A stretch of DNA of 64,000 nt from Methanobacteriota archaeon. GTDB lineage: Archaea > Halobacteriota > Bog-38 > Methanoflorentales > Methanoflorentaceae. Under the pieces are notes generated by a model. That model saw nothing but the letters and a program-made list of their open reading frames with translations. It did no database searches and was not told the origin of the DNA. Shown here piece after piece: positions 1 to 10,780 of this stretch (positions are counted from its first letter, which is position 1; each line of letters begins with the position of its first letter). The stretch is taken from NCBI GenBank assembly GCA_963719035.1, contig CAVRAO010000002.1, positions 704,001-768,000 on the forward strand, in the 5' to 3' direction. The translations under genes and the position numbers were made by a program.

Positions 1-21
1 TCGACGACGACTGGAGGCGCA

Positions 22-237
22 ATGACCTCAACGACGTCCGGGATTGCTCTGACAGACATGCTAAATGGCGCTCTCATCGTTTCAATTGCGCTTATTGCGT
101 CACTGGTCGCAACGGAACTGCTGTCGTTATGCCAAGGCTGGAACAATAAGACGGCCGCGACGGTACGCGGAATCAACCTGACACTCCTGATCGTCTTTTG
201 CGTCTCTGTGGGGTTCACCGCGGCCCGGCTAGTGTAG
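22..237 (+). CDS. small 2-TM membrane protein
   Basis: 71-aa ORF with GGAGG upstream and two hydrophobic segments. Its pattern (LI..L..EL....W......LLIVF) resembles the 51135..51422 protein. Confidence 0.55.
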   Translation: MTSTTSGIALTDMLNGALIVSIALIASLVATELLSLCQGWNNKTAATVRGINLTLLIVFCVSVGFTAARLV

Positions 238-1507
238 GACAAATGGAAGGACCCCGAATAGGAGTATGTTGTTCACCGCGTGCATCGTGATGACAAACGG
301 CAAGTTCTTTGTTTTGTAATAAGCGACGCCAAAAACGATCCCTGCTCCGAATGCGAAAAGCAACTCGTAATAGTTGGCGAAGCCCGATTGCATCGCACCA
401 AAGATGATACTTGTGACGAGTATGCCGGCAATCGGCCCACTGCGTAATACAAGCTCCGTTTGTAGCAGGGCGCGGAAAAGCAGCTCTTCCACGAGTACGA
501 CAAAGATCATCACGACGCTGAGTTCGATAAGCCAGACAAGTGAGAATGTGGTTACGAGGGCAGGATTTGTGAGAATATAGGTACTCGATAAACGCGAGCT
601 CAACGCCGACAAGAATACCAAACGGAATGAGGTATAACAAAGGGCGCCCCCCTCTAAGACCTAAGTCGTCGCGGCTCAGCTGTCGATGAACAATGACCAA
701 AACGATTGGTATGAGCATCACACCGTAAATCGCCACCAACCAGTACAAGGTCACCGTCGGGATTAGCACAAAGGAGAGGTTGACGACGCGCAATAACGAC
801 ACCAACGCAAGCGCTTCTAAAAGCTCGACGCGGTCTCCTTGCAGCACTCCTATCGCGCTGACGATCACGACGATGTTCAACGCTTGCACACCAACGCCAG
901 CGGTGGAGTACCCGGTGAAACGCAACCCCTCGCTAGCAAGGATAAGGAATATAGCGAGGAGCTCAGACCACGACAAGTTGAAAACAGTCTGTGCCCTCAC
1001 TGCAGGAGCAAGCGCGACGCGTGTGGTATCACGGAGACGCACAAGATAATAGGTCACCAGTACTTCGGTGCTCTGCGCACGGCTGTATTTGCTACTGCCC
1101 TCTGCGCGCACTATGTACTTATGTGTGGTTGCGACGCTATCCGTGAGGGTGAATTGATAGTGCCCAGAGGCGTCGGTGACGGTCTCTGCGATGCGCACCT
1201 TGTTCGTCGGATCATCCGTGTTGTAGAGAGCGACGGGCACGGCCACCATATGTGCTCCGCCGCCGCTCGTAAGTTGTCCGGCGATCATTATTGCGTGCCC
1301 GACGGACTGTTCTTGGGGGGTAGCAGTAGCGGTGATGGCTGTGGGCGGTGCCCCACCGCGTCTCTTCACAAGGCTTCTGTCGGAGGCGCTGTACGTCGCG
1401 CGAGTTTTGTCACCGCCCCCATACACGTCTCGGTCCCTCAATGCAATAGCGGATTCATCTGAGGGAGGGGTGCCAGACACTTGTTTCTGTTCTTTTTCGC
1501 CCGGCAT
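229..1507 (-). CDS. Ig-like domain fused to CPBP (Abi/Rce1-like) intramembrane metalloprotease, one frameshift near 575
   Basis: N-terminal beta-rich domain (TAITATATPQ...GQLT...TVTDASGHYQFTL) followed by TM helices. The 229..621 frame has the CPBP motifs EELLFR, IFGAMQ (normally FxxxH) and HAVNN. Confidence 0.8.
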
Positions 1508-1786
1508 CCTCTGAGGCCTCCTCGTATTTCAAAAATCGTTTTGCTACCCTTTTAAGCGCAGAAAGTACTGTAGATTCTACATCGACGATAGAATATAATA
1601 CTACCGTTATTGAGCATTCGCAGCGCGCATAGCAGAGATATGGCGGAACGCGCAGAGCTGCCCTGTCGGTACGACGCGGCTTTCGCACCCGCGCACATGC
1701 AGCGCACCTTCGCGACGCGGTTACTGATTTGACGCTAAAAGCGCGACGTTAGAGGCAGGAACGACTGGCGGCGAGGGATTATTGCG

Positions 1787-2185
1787 GTGGTGCTCATCTG
1801 CGCGTTCGTTGTCCTCGCGGCGTATTACCAAGCAAATGTCACGCAACACCTCGAGTACCTGCGCGAAAGCGAGGTAAGTGCGAACTACGCAAAGTACATC
1901 GGACAGAACGTCACGATAATAGGGAGCGTCGTCGGGACGGGCGTTCATTCGTTTGAGCTCAAAGGGGAATACGGCACCTATACGATCCTCTCGTCGCAGG
2001 CGGTGCAGCGAGGTGATGGCGTTAGCCTCGTCGGTACGCTCCAGCCCCGGCACCAACTGCGCGCAGTGGCGATGTTCGTGTCGCCACGGCTGCTGAGCGA
2101 GCTCGTCTACGTCCGCTCGTTCGTTGCGCTCATCGTTCTTGTCGTGCTCTTTTTCGTGAGCTGGCGGTTTGATTGGCGTGCGTGA
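1787..2185 (+). CDS. membrane-anchored protein with OB-fold-like extracytoplasmic domain
   Basis: TM segments at both ends flank YAKYIGQNVTIIGSVV...GDGVSLVGTL, an OB-fold-like pattern. True start may lie upstream (ATG near 1697, frameshifted). Confidence 0.55.
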   Translation: MVLICAFVVLAAYYQANVTQHLEYLRESEVSANYAKYIGQNVTIIGSVVGTGVHSFELKGEYGTYTILSSQAVQRGDGVSLVGTLQPRHQLRAVAMFVSPRLLSELVYVRSFVALIVLVVLFFVSWRFDWRA

Positions 2186-2542
2186 TGCCAATGCAGGCGC
2201 AGGTGCGTGCTCCGCCGTTGAAAACGCGCCGCCCGGCTAGCAGCCTTACCCGCCACCCAACGCGAAGCAAACGTGAAGACGTCGGGGAGGGTCGCTCATA
2301 GATCAGCACGTCGGAACGCATCGTAGAGCACCGTTTAGACGAACGCGGTGATTCCGGCGCGACGGGGTTGCCAAATTAACGTTATGACCGGGGAGTGAGC
2401 ACAGCGTAAGGGTAGCGAGGTACGTCGTGACGAAAAGCGACATGAATTCTAGCTGTCAGAGCGGATGTCCTGGGGGACCTTAGGGCTTTCCGTAGTCAAG
2501 TTAGGTGTAGAGCGGGCGCAGCTACGACTATGAGATTTACGC

Positions 2543-4006
2543 TTAATGCTCCCCCAAAAGCTTGAAAACTAAATTAGATGCAGTTCTATAAGCGTCTACC
2601 TTCCACAAATGAAGCAAGCCCCAATAGACCATAATACCAAAAAGCACCTGCACCGCTAAACGAATCAAATCAGACCAGTTGCTTGGAAACATCAAACCGA
2701 GCGTCCATATAGCTACAGCCATGGCAGCTGCCACACAGAATGTAGGTGACAATTTTTTGAGCATGGTAAGAAAGTTGAGATCTATGAGTCGAGCCGGAAT
2801 TGACCAGTTGGGGTACCATAGCAGGAAATTTGCGACAGTATACGCGACAGCAACGCCGAGCGCCCCCCACCGCAATCCTACAACAAATGAAATGATGTAT
2901 ATTGTACCTGTTATGGCCCCCCATCGAAACAATATATCAGTGCGACCCTGTGATGTGTAGAGCCAATTACCGGTAGCACCGATAGACTGAATCATTCCAA
3001 GGAGGCAAAACACCTGAAGGATTGGGATCATAGCCGCCCACTTTTCGCCAAACAACGCTAATACGAAGGATCGCGACACGACCAGCAGCCCCAACATCAG
3101 TGGAAATGTAGCGAGCGAAACAACGCTCATAGAGGTCAGATATGTCTCTCGCACCCGTTCTATATCTTTTTGAATGACCGAAAGTGCTGGGAACATCACA
3201 TTTGCAATGATACCAGCTATTTGCAACACCGGCACTAGTAAGATCGTATAACTACGTGCATAAATCCCCAAAGCTGCTGATCCATCGTATCTGCCTATGA
3301 GCAAGTTATCACCGTTTCTAAACCAATAATTGAAAATGGAGTAACCTACTAAATTAAGGCTGAACTTTGAAAGGTCTCTGAGTGCGTCCCATCGCAATGA
3401 TAGATCAGGTCGCCAGGGCGCGATTGCCCATAGCACCACGACATTGATGGTGGCGGAGGTAATGGACATAGCAACGAAGCTCCAAACACCGAAGCCCGTG
3501 AATGCTAAATAAATAGCAATAGCGCCCGAAACCACCACGGCCGTCAGTTGGGCCGCTGCGATCCTGCGAAAATCCATCGCTTTTTGGAGCAACGCGGTCT
3601 GCACTACGGCAAATGAGTTGATTAAAAAGATCACTGAAATTACCACAGTGAGGGGCTGGAGGGCCGGTTCGTCGTAAAAGGATGCAATGTATGGGGCTGC
3701 AGCTGCCAAGATCAGCGTTATTAATGCGCCTATGGCGATATTGAACCAAAAAACTGCATTTTTGTGGTGTTGCTCCACCTCTAGTTTTTGGACTAAGGCC
3801 GCCCCGAATCCCATGTCTAAGAACACGGCTGCGAATCCCGTAAAAACCAATACCATGCCAAACAGTCCAAAGTCCTCCGGCAAGAGCAGCCGAGTCAAAA
3901 CGATAGATACTACAAGGCTTGCTAACTGTATGCCGACCTGTGTTAGACCGCTCCACGCGACACCTGTCCGGATTTTTTTCTCTAAATCTCCTCTTTCTTC
4001 CTCCAA
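2543..4006 (-). CDS. wzx: MOP-superfamily polysaccharide flippase (WzxC-like)
   Basis: Intact 487 aa with many TM segments. Motifs VLTRLLLPEDFGL, DMGFGAALVQK, NGDNLLIGRYDGSAALGIYARSY. Confidence 0.92.
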   Translation of the reverse strand: MEEERGDLEKKIRTGVAWSGLTQVGIQLASLVVSIVLTRLLLPEDFGLFGMVLVFTGFAAVFLDMGFGAALVQKLEVEQHHKNAVFWFNIAIGALITLILAAAAPYIASFYDEPALQPLTVVISVIFLINSFAVVQTALLQKAMDFRRIAAAQLTAVVVSGAIAIYLAFTGFGVWSFVAMSITSATINVVVLWAIAPWRPDLSLRWDALRDLSKFSLNLVGYSIFNYWFRNGDNLLIGRYDGSAALGIYARSYTILLVPVLQIAGIIANVMFPALSVIQKDIERVRETYLTSMSVVSLATFPLMLGLLVVSRSFVLALFGEKWAAMIPILQVFCLLGMIQSIGATGNWLYTSQGRTDILFRWGAITGTIYIISFVVGLRWGALGVAVAYTVANFLLWYPNWSIPARLIDLNFLTMLKKLSPTFCVAAAMAVAIWTLGLMFPSNWSDLIRLAVQVLFGIMVYWGLLHLWKVDAYRTASNLVFKLLGEH

Positions 4007-4834
4007 GATGACCTTCCTAGCTCTTTTTGACTGGGTTCTGCTCTGGTTTCGTACAAACGGACGCGATTTCCTGCACGTGTATCATCTGTAAACAAATCAA
4101 CTTAAATCAGCTTTTTTTGCTGTTTAGAATTTGTCTCATCCCCTCTTTGATGAACCACCTGATTTTTCAGTATCAATGAGCAGCACGAAGTGTAAGTCCT
4201 CTCAGTATCTAGTTTATGTTTTTCGACTTGAATCTTGAAGTACTGCGCACTTTTTTTACCCTCTTTTCGTGCTCATCCCTGGCACATTGCGTGACGTCGG
4301 CGCTTCCATCACGGAGCTTCTTATGATCGGCAAGACGCGCATCTGTGAGTTTTTACAACTCCTCCGTGTGCTTATTCGTTAGTGCATGTATCTTTTCTTC
4401 GTATTCTTCGCGTTGTGTCTGCAGTGCGCTCTCTGAGCTGATCCGCAATAATTATACTTTAACGCGGAGAAGTATGCAATAATGACAGCAAGTCAAGAAG
4501 ACGAAAAAGCACGGGCCCGTTACGATAAAAATGAAAATCTAGTAATGTCTTTGTTCACTGAAAGGTTAGCAAAGGACTAACTCAAAGTCGAAAGATCCCC
4601 ACATACCCTGCAGATTCTGACGACGTTGGGACATTAACATCTTTTTCTAAAGATGGATCCAAATGAATATCGTGGCATATGCTTACACGGTCTAGACATG
4701 CGCGAATTCCACAGTTACCTGCGGGATAGTCCCTTTTTGGATAGCCTGCGCAGCATGCTGTTTTCATTCCCCTTAGAGCGCAAGGGCACCACTCAGTTGA
4801 TTCGCTCAATGGTGAGATGACTGGAGGTCTGAAG

Positions 4835-5132
4835 GCGAAGGCGGGCGTGGGGCAGTACGCGGCCACCAAACATGCGCTAAAGGCTTTCGCCGACAGCCTC
4901 CGCGACGAGGTGAACGAGTACGGGGTCAGGGTGAATCAGCGTCTATCCTCGTCAGAGTGCGAGTCCCATGCGAGCACGGCTGTATCAGACGGCGCAGAAG
5001 ACCTACGTGCCAGAGAGGCTCCTCAAGCCGTCGGATGTGGCGGAGGTCGTTCTGTCCGTGCTGAGTCTGCCGACAAGCGCGGAGGTGACCGATATCGCGG
5101 TGCGCCCCAAGTGCAGTCCGCGCCCCGCGTGA
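4835..5132 (+). pseudogene. 3' remnant of an SDR oxidoreductase
   Basis: YAATKHALKAFADSLRDEVNEYGVRV, then in a shifted frame ...LLKPSDVAEVVLSVLSLPTSAEVTDIAVRP. Matches the C-terminal half of the SDR at 8829..9548; the Rossmann N-terminus is absent. Confidence 0.8.
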
Positions 5133-6385
5133 CAACGTTGAACACCTCGGGGAGCACGAAACAGCCAAAGAAGATAGCTTTCTTTGGGCACTTCGGGGTT
5201 GGCAACTGGGGCAACGAGAGCAGCCTGCAAGCAGTGCTTTGTCATCTTCGCCGTGCGGTGCCGAATGCCGAATTCAACTGCATCTGCTCCGATCCGAGCA
5301 CCGTCGCGATGACCTATAACATCGCCGCAGTGGCCAGCAGGGCTCCCGTGGCCGAATACCGGACGCTGCACGGCCCGCTGGCTATACTGGCGCAAAAACT
5401 CGTGGTCGGAGTGCCCAGCGAGCCTTGGTGGTGGGTCAAGAGCATCAGGACGCTGTGGGGTACAGACGCGCTGGTCGTCCCAGGGACGGGCTTGCTGACG
5501 GATGCTTTCACTCTCTACAATTGGGGTCCATATGACCTGTTCAGGTGGTCAATCGCGGCGAGATTGTGTCGCTGCAAGATCCTGTTTGTTAGCGTGGGAG
5601 CCGGCCCCCTCTACAGTCGCGCCGGAAGATACTTTGTCAAGACAGCGCTCTCCCTGGCGGACTTCCGCTCCTACCGAGACGAATCTTCGCTGCGATATCT
5701 CGAGGGAATTGGCTTCCGGGCTGGCAATGATCCGGTCTACCCGGATCTAGCATTCAGCTTGCCCGAGAGCCTGGTACCACGCGGCCACGACGGCGAGGGG
5801 CGGAGGCCGGTTGTTGGCCTCGGGCTGATGGAGTACGCGGGCAGGTACAGCGTCGAGAGGCCGGCCACCTCCGTCTATTCGGCGTACCTGGAGACTCTCG
5901 TGGAGTTCACAGAGTGGCTGTTTGCCCACGAATACGACGTCCGGTTGCTGACTGGAGACCGTGTGGACACGCATGTGACGCAAGAGTTTAGATCATTGCT
6001 GAAGAAGCGGTCAGTGATGTATGGAGAGGAGCGAATCATCGATGAACCGATCGCGTCTGTGGACGACCTATTGAAACAACTCGCGGCAACGGACGTAGTA
6101 GTAGCGACGCGCTTTCATAACGTCCTTCTGGCGCTTCTTCTCAACAAGCCGGTCATCGCCATTTCCTTCCACCACAAATGCGCTTCCCTCATGAGCCAGA
6201 TGGGATTGTCGGAGTACTGTCAGGACATCAACCGATTGAGCTCAGTCAGGCTGATCGAGCAATTCTCGCAACTCCGCCAGAGCAGCTACGGCGTGAAACG
6301 GATGATCATGGAAAAGGTGAGGGCCTGCAGGGATGCGCTGGATGAACAGTACGCCGTCATTCTCAGTGAGATTTGTTCTGAGTAG
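5129..6385 (+). CDS. polysaccharide pyruvyl transferase family protein
   Basis: IAFFGHFGVGNWGNE, SVGAGPL, SYRDESS, YPDLAF, VVATRFHNVLLALLLNKPVIAISFHHK. Start is GTG 5129 or TTG 5138, overlapping the remnant's stop. Confidence 0.88.
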   Translation: MTTLNTSGSTKQPKKIAFFGHFGVGNWGNESSLQAVLCHLRRAVPNAEFNCICSDPSTVAMTYNIAAVASRAPVAEYRTLHGPLAILAQKLVVGVPSEPWWWVKSIRTLWGTDALVVPGTGLLTDAFTLYNWGPYDLFRWSIAARLCRCKILFVSVGAGPLYSRAGRYFVKTALSLADFRSYRDESSLRYLEGIGFRAGNDPVYPDLAFSLPESLVPRGHDGEGRRPVVGLGLMEYAGRYSVERPATSVYSAYLETLVEFTEWLFAHEYDVRLLTGDRVDTHVTQEFRSLLKKRSVMYGEERIIDEPIASVDDLLKQLAATDVVVATRFHNVLLALLLNKPVIAISFHHKCASLMSQMGLSEYCQDINRLSSVRLIEQFSQLRQSSYGVKRMIMEKVRACRDALDEQYAVILSEICSE

Positions 6386-6479
6386 CCATGGGGAGAACTC
6401 TTCGGTGCGGGTAGGCAAGTCAGACCGCCGCATGGCTCTGCCCTCCCCACGTATCTTTTGTAGCCACAGTTCATTGAGC

Positions 6480-6522
6480 CTTTACACGACGAAGGTCGGG
6501 CGTTCGAATCGCCTCGAGCCCA
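6480..6522 (+). tRNA. 3' fragment of tRNA-Val(TAC), likely attachment-site scar; not a complete tRNA
   Basis: c-TTTACAC (anticodon loop), GACGA, AGGTC (variable loop), GGGCG-TTCGAAT-CGCCT (T arm), CGAGCCC-A (acceptor 3' strand and discriminator). No D arm or 5' acceptor strand (expected GGGCTCG) upstream. Confidence 0.85.
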
Positions 6523-6541
6523 TCTATTTTCAATTTTTTTG
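6523..6541 (+). terminator. archaeal-type oligo-T terminator after the tRNA fragment
   Basis: TCTATTTTCAATTTTTTT immediately follows the tRNA 3' end. Confidence 0.5.
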
Positions 6542-6692
6542 TCGATTATGTCGATTGTAATTTTTCGCCCGCCACAAAGACTAACCACAAACCACGATTT
6601 TTGTGTATTACTTCCGAGACTAAATAATAGTAGTACGAACTAAAGGAGTCGGTTTATTACGTTGTTTTAAAGTATACACTCTTATGGAATAT

Positions 6693-7223
6693 TTAATGCT
6701 TAAATTCGCTATAGCTTGAATCTTTTTTTGAGATCACTGCGCATTCTAGAGGCCATTTTATGTCAAATGCTGCGTCATCAAAGCGGACTCCTCGAGAGGA
6801 TTCTGGATGATAGAATTCGAACATGTGATAGAAAACTACGGCATTGTTAGTGAGCGTTTGAAAACCGTGTGCAAACCCCTCTGGCACGTACAACAGCTCG
6901 GAGTTTTGAGCCCTCATCTCAATGCCTAGCCATTTTTTAAAAGTCGGTGAGTCTGGACGCAAATCAATAATCACGTCATAAATTGCGCCTCTAATGCAGC
7001 TTACAAGCTTTGCCTCTTCGTGAGGCGATATCTGATAGTGCATTCCACGAATTGTCCCACGCTTTTTGTTAAATGAAACATTACTTTGCGCGACGCGCGT
7101 ATTTAGATGATGTTCCTTAAACTCGTTTTGACAAAAACTGCGTGCAAAAAAACCTCGTTCATCCTCCAGTTTTTCTAACTGTATTAACATCGCCCCTTTC
7201 AGATTCAGTTGGTTAAACAGCAT
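6693..7223 (-). CDS. rfbC: dTDP-4-dehydrorhamnose 3,5-epimerase family protein
   Basis: DERGFFARSF, GTIRGMHYQ, LYVPEGFAHGFQTL, IKWP...ISKKD. Confidence 0.93.
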   Translation of the reverse strand: MLFNQLNLKGAMLIQLEKLEDERGFFARSFCQNEFKEHHLNTRVAQSNVSFNKKRGTIRGMHYQISPHEEAKLVSCIRGAIYDVIIDLRPDSPTFKKWLGIEMRAQNSELLYVPEGFAHGFQTLTNNAVVFYHMFEFYHPESSRGVRFDDAAFDIKWPLECAVISKKDSSYSEFKH

Positions 7224-7392
7224 TTACAACACCTAAACCGAAGGAATGGGGATAATAAACCTCGCCTCCCACTTCTAAACATATGACATCTGCTGAATAA
7301 ATCTTTTCCTTAATGTTCCACGGAAGAGTTAAGACATAATCTGGCTTATCGTTCTTTACCACGTCTGGATGTTTAACAGGTATGTGCGTCCT
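7224..7392 (-). pseudogene. C-terminal remnant of an NDP-sugar C-methyltransferase
   Basis: Reads THIPVKHPDVVKNDKPDYVLTLPWNIKEKI...FIIPIP with indels and stops. Homologous to the C-terminus of 10781..12050; its stop abuts the rfbC ATG. Confidence 0.8.
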
Positions 7393-7462
7393 ATGTGAAG
7401 GCCATAAAGGGTGATTTAGGACTGCTGCCCAATATAAGCCGTGCTGTTAACGGTGAAGACAG

Positions 7463-8826
7463 ATGGCTGAGAAATTATCACCCGACCTATCTCCCGAGTG
7501 CCAAATGAAGAATCCCACGCAAAGCCCAGAAGAGGCAAGAAACAAAGGCGAAGCCTTGTTTGCGCTGGTTAAGAGGCTGTATCCAATCTGCCGCAGCATC
7601 ACCGGAAACGGCGTCCGGGAAACGCTGCGAGTAATCAAAGAAATCATTCCGATCGAAGTCCGAGAAGTGCCCTCCGGCACCCCGGTGCTGGATTGGAACG
7701 TGCCGGATGAATGGAATATCCGCGACGCATGGATCAAGGGACCGGATGGACGGAAGATCGTGGACTTCCAACGGTCCAACCTGCATGTCGTTAGCTATAG
7801 CATACCATTCCGGGACACGCTTTCGTTGGTAGAACTGAAAAAGCACCTGTTCTCACTGCCCGATCATCCCGACTGGCTGCCGTATCGCACTTCCTACTAC
7901 AAGGAAACTTGGGGCTTCTGCCTGCCCCATCAGACAACTGACCTCCTTGCCTGAGGGTGAGTATGAGGTTAGTGTGGATTCGACCCTCGCACCGGGAAGC
8001 CTGACCTACGGCGAACTCCTGCTGCCGGGCTCGTGTCGCGGATGAAGTGCTGATTTCCTGCCATGTTTGCCACCCCTCGCTGGCAAACGACAATCTCTCC
8101 GGCATCGCGGTCGCGACGTTCCTAGCCAGCCAACTGGCCCAGCGTAATCGACGATATTCGTACCGGTTTATTTTCATCCCGGGTACGATCGGCTCCATCA
8201 CCTGGCTAGCGCTGAACGAGCACAACATCAAAAACATACGGCATGGCCTGATCCTAGCGGGCGTGGGCGATACAGGGGCGTTCCATTACAAGAAAACGCG
8301 CAACGGCGACGCCTACATAGACCGGCTGATGCTCAGGATGTTGAGGCAAACGGGACGCGCACATCACCTGCTGGATTTCGAACCGTACGGCTATGACGAG
8401 CGGCAATTCGGGTCGCCTGGCTTCAATCTTCCAGTCGGCTGCCTGATGCGCACGCCGTTCGGTCAGTATCCCGAATACCATTCCTCTGCCGACGACCTTC
8501 GCCTTGTGAAACCCGAAAGTCTGGCCGACACGCTTGATTTGCTGAAACAGCTGGTGGGAGCCTTGGAAGGCGAAACCCGTTATCTCAATCTCAACCCGCG
8601 CGGCGAACCGCAACTTGGGCGCCGCGGACTGTACGACACATTGGGCGGCCTCAGTCACACGAAACAACGTCAAATGGCCATGCTCTGGCTGCTGAATTTT
8701 TCCGACGGCGATCACTCGTTGGAAGACATCGCCGACCGTTCCCAGTTGCCGGCTGAGGAACTGTGGGAAGTGGCCCGCATGCTCGAAAAAAACGGCTTGT
8801 TAAAACAGTTATCCTCAGGAGGTTAA
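7463..8826 (+). CDS. DUF4910/DUF2172 aminopeptidase-like protein with C-terminal winged helix (frameshifted near 7930-8040)
   Basis: LYPICRSITGNGVRETL, DWNVPDEWNIRDAWI, YRTSYYKETWGFC, CHPSLANDNLSG, YDERQFGSPGFNLPVG, YPEYHSSADD, GEPQLGRRGLY. Confidence 0.9.
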
Positions 8827-8828
8827 TC

Positions 8829-9548
8829 ATGACGTTCTCCATGAAAAATCAGACAGCTTTGGTGACTGGCGCCGGCAGTGGCATTGGCCAGGCCATCGCG
8901 AAGGCCCTCGCTGCGGACGGCGCCCGGGTTTGTCTTACGGGCCGGAATGCGAAGAAACTGACAGATACCGCCACGCTGTGCGGCTCGGGCGCGGTCTGCC
9001 GGGCTGCCGACCTTATGGACGAAGCAAGCATCCAAAAACTCGCCGAGTTTGTCCGCGAAACAGTGGGCCGGCTCGATATTCTGGTTCATAGCGCGGGTAC
9101 ATTTCACATGGGTGAAATCGAGGGCACAGCTACCGTGGATTTTGACCGGCTGTTCCACATCAATGTCCGCGCTCCTTTCATCATTACCCGCGAACTGCTT
9201 CCGCTGCTGCGGGAATGCAAAGGCCAGATCGTGTTCATCAACTCCTCTGCCGCGCTTCACACCGCGCTCTCCTGGGGTCTTTATGCGGCGAGTAAAAGCG
9301 CGCTGAAATCCTTGGCTAATAGCCTGCGAATCGAGGTCAACCCAGATGGCGTCCGGATCGTTAGCATCTTCCCAGGCCGCACCGCCAGCCCGATGCAGGC
9401 CCAGGTTCACTCGCTCGAAGGCAAGCCCTTCCATCCCGACCGGCTAATTCAACCGGCGGACATCGCCGCGATGGTCATCAGCGCCCTCCGACTACCTCGC
9501 ACTGCGGAGGTCACGGACTTACTCGTGCGCCCGATGCTGAAAGGCTAA
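8829..9548 (+). CDS. classical SDR oxidoreductase
   Basis: TGAGSGIG, LVHSAG, NSS, YAASK. Confidence 0.9.
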   Translation: MTFSMKNQTALVTGAGSGIGQAIAKALAADGARVCLTGRNAKKLTDTATLCGSGAVCRAADLMDEASIQKLAEFVRETVGRLDILVHSAGTFHMGEIEGTATVDFDRLFHINVRAPFIITRELLPLLRECKGQIVFINSSAALHTALSWGLYAASKSALKSLANSLRIEVNPDGVRIVSIFPGRTASPMQAQVHSLEGKPFHPDRLIQPADIAAMVISALRLPRTAEVTDLLVRPMLKG

Positions 9549-9706
9549 ACCGTGGCGAAGTTGCAACAGGCATGCGGTGCCACAACAGGATCGCATAGTT
9601 TTGTAGAAAGCCAGCCTTACAGATTCTGTGGTGTATACGCTTTTAGGAAGTAGAACAACAGATATTTGAATAATCAGCTTTCATTTGATAAACATTCGGA
9701 AGAAAT

Positions 9707-10735
9707 ATGCGGATACTCATAACAGGCCATAAAGGTTATATTGGCACAATCCTGGCACCTATGCTGATGGCAGGAGGGCATGATGTTGTTGGGCTGGATA
9801 GCGATTTATACCGGCGCTGTACATTCGGCGAAGGAATTCCTCGGATTCCCGAGATCATAAAAGATATTCGCGACGTTGATGCAACTGATTTGGAAGGCTT
9901 TGACGCGGTCATTCATCTGGCTGCTTTGTCAAACGATCCGCTCGGCAATTTAAACCCAGAGTTGACCTATGATATTAACCACAGGGCCTCGGTTCGATTG
10001 GCTAAACTGGCAAAACAGGTCGGAGTATCCAGGTTTCTCTTTTCGTCTTCTTGCAGCACCTATGGGGCTGCTGCGGGAGATCATATGCTAACAGAAGAGG
10101 CTGAGTTTAATCCTGTTACACCCTATGGAGAGTCGAAAATACTCGTGGAGCGTGATGTTTCGGGATTATCGGATGGCGACTTCAGCCCAAGCTTTTTGCG
10201 TAATGCAACGGCATACGGTATTTCGCCTCGGCACCGATTTGATATTGTTCTTAACAACTTGGTTGCCTGGGCATTTACAACTGGTCTCGTCCATCTTAAA
10301 AGCGATGGAAGTCCGTGGCGCCCTATAATTCACATCGAAGATATTTCCCGCGCTTTTATCGCCGTACTGGACGCCCCCAAGGATCTGGTCCATAATCAGG
10401 CCTTCAATGTCGGCATCAACGAAGAAAATTATCGTATTCGCGACCTGGCTGAGATCGTTAAGGAGACTGTCCCCGGCTGTCGGGTCGAGTATGCTAAAGA
10501 TGCAGAGCCTGACAAACGAACATATCGAGTTGATTTTAGTAAAATAAAGCGAATACTCCCTGGGTTTAACCCGCAGTGGACTGCCAGGCGTGGGGCCGAA
10601 GAGCTCTATGTGGCTTACCAAAAATATGGAATCAAGCTGGAAGAATTTGAGGGTCCGAAGTATAATAGGCTTGATCACATCAAACAGTTGCTTAATACCG
10701 GCGACCTCGATTCAACCTTGCGTTGGACAAAATAA
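9707..10735 (+). CDS. NAD-dependent epimerase/dehydratase (extended SDR)
   Basis: GHKGYIG, HLAALSNDPLG, SSSCSTYG, YGESK, LRNATAYG. Confidence 0.92.
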   Translation: MRILITGHKGYIGTILAPMLMAGGHDVVGLDSDLYRRCTFGEGIPRIPEIIKDIRDVDATDLEGFDAVIHLAALSNDPLGNLNPELTYDINHRASVRLAKLAKQVGVSRFLFSSSCSTYGAAAGDHMLTEEAEFNPVTPYGESKILVERDVSGLSDGDFSPSFLRNATAYGISPRHRFDIVLNNLVAWAFTTGLVHLKSDGSPWRPIIHIEDISRAFIAVLDAPKDLVHNQAFNVGINEENYRIRDLAEIVKETVPGCRVEYAKDAEPDKRTYRVDFSKIKRILPGFNPQWTARRGAEELYVAYQKYGIKLEEFEGPKYNRLDHIKQLLNTGDLDSTLRWTK

Positions 10736-10780
10736 ATCTCAACTGTTGACAATAATACGCTGGATATAAATGGCTAAACA

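Noticed and set aside
4817-6385. 522-aa SDR/pyruvyl-transferase fusion
   Set aside because: The SDR remnant continues in another frame to its own stop at 5130-5132, so the long ORF results from a frameshift.
6440-6522. Complete, intron-containing or trans-spliced tRNA
   Set aside because: No 5' acceptor strand, D arm or bulge-helix-bulge partner is visible. Similarity starts at the anticodon loop, which fits an att duplication better.
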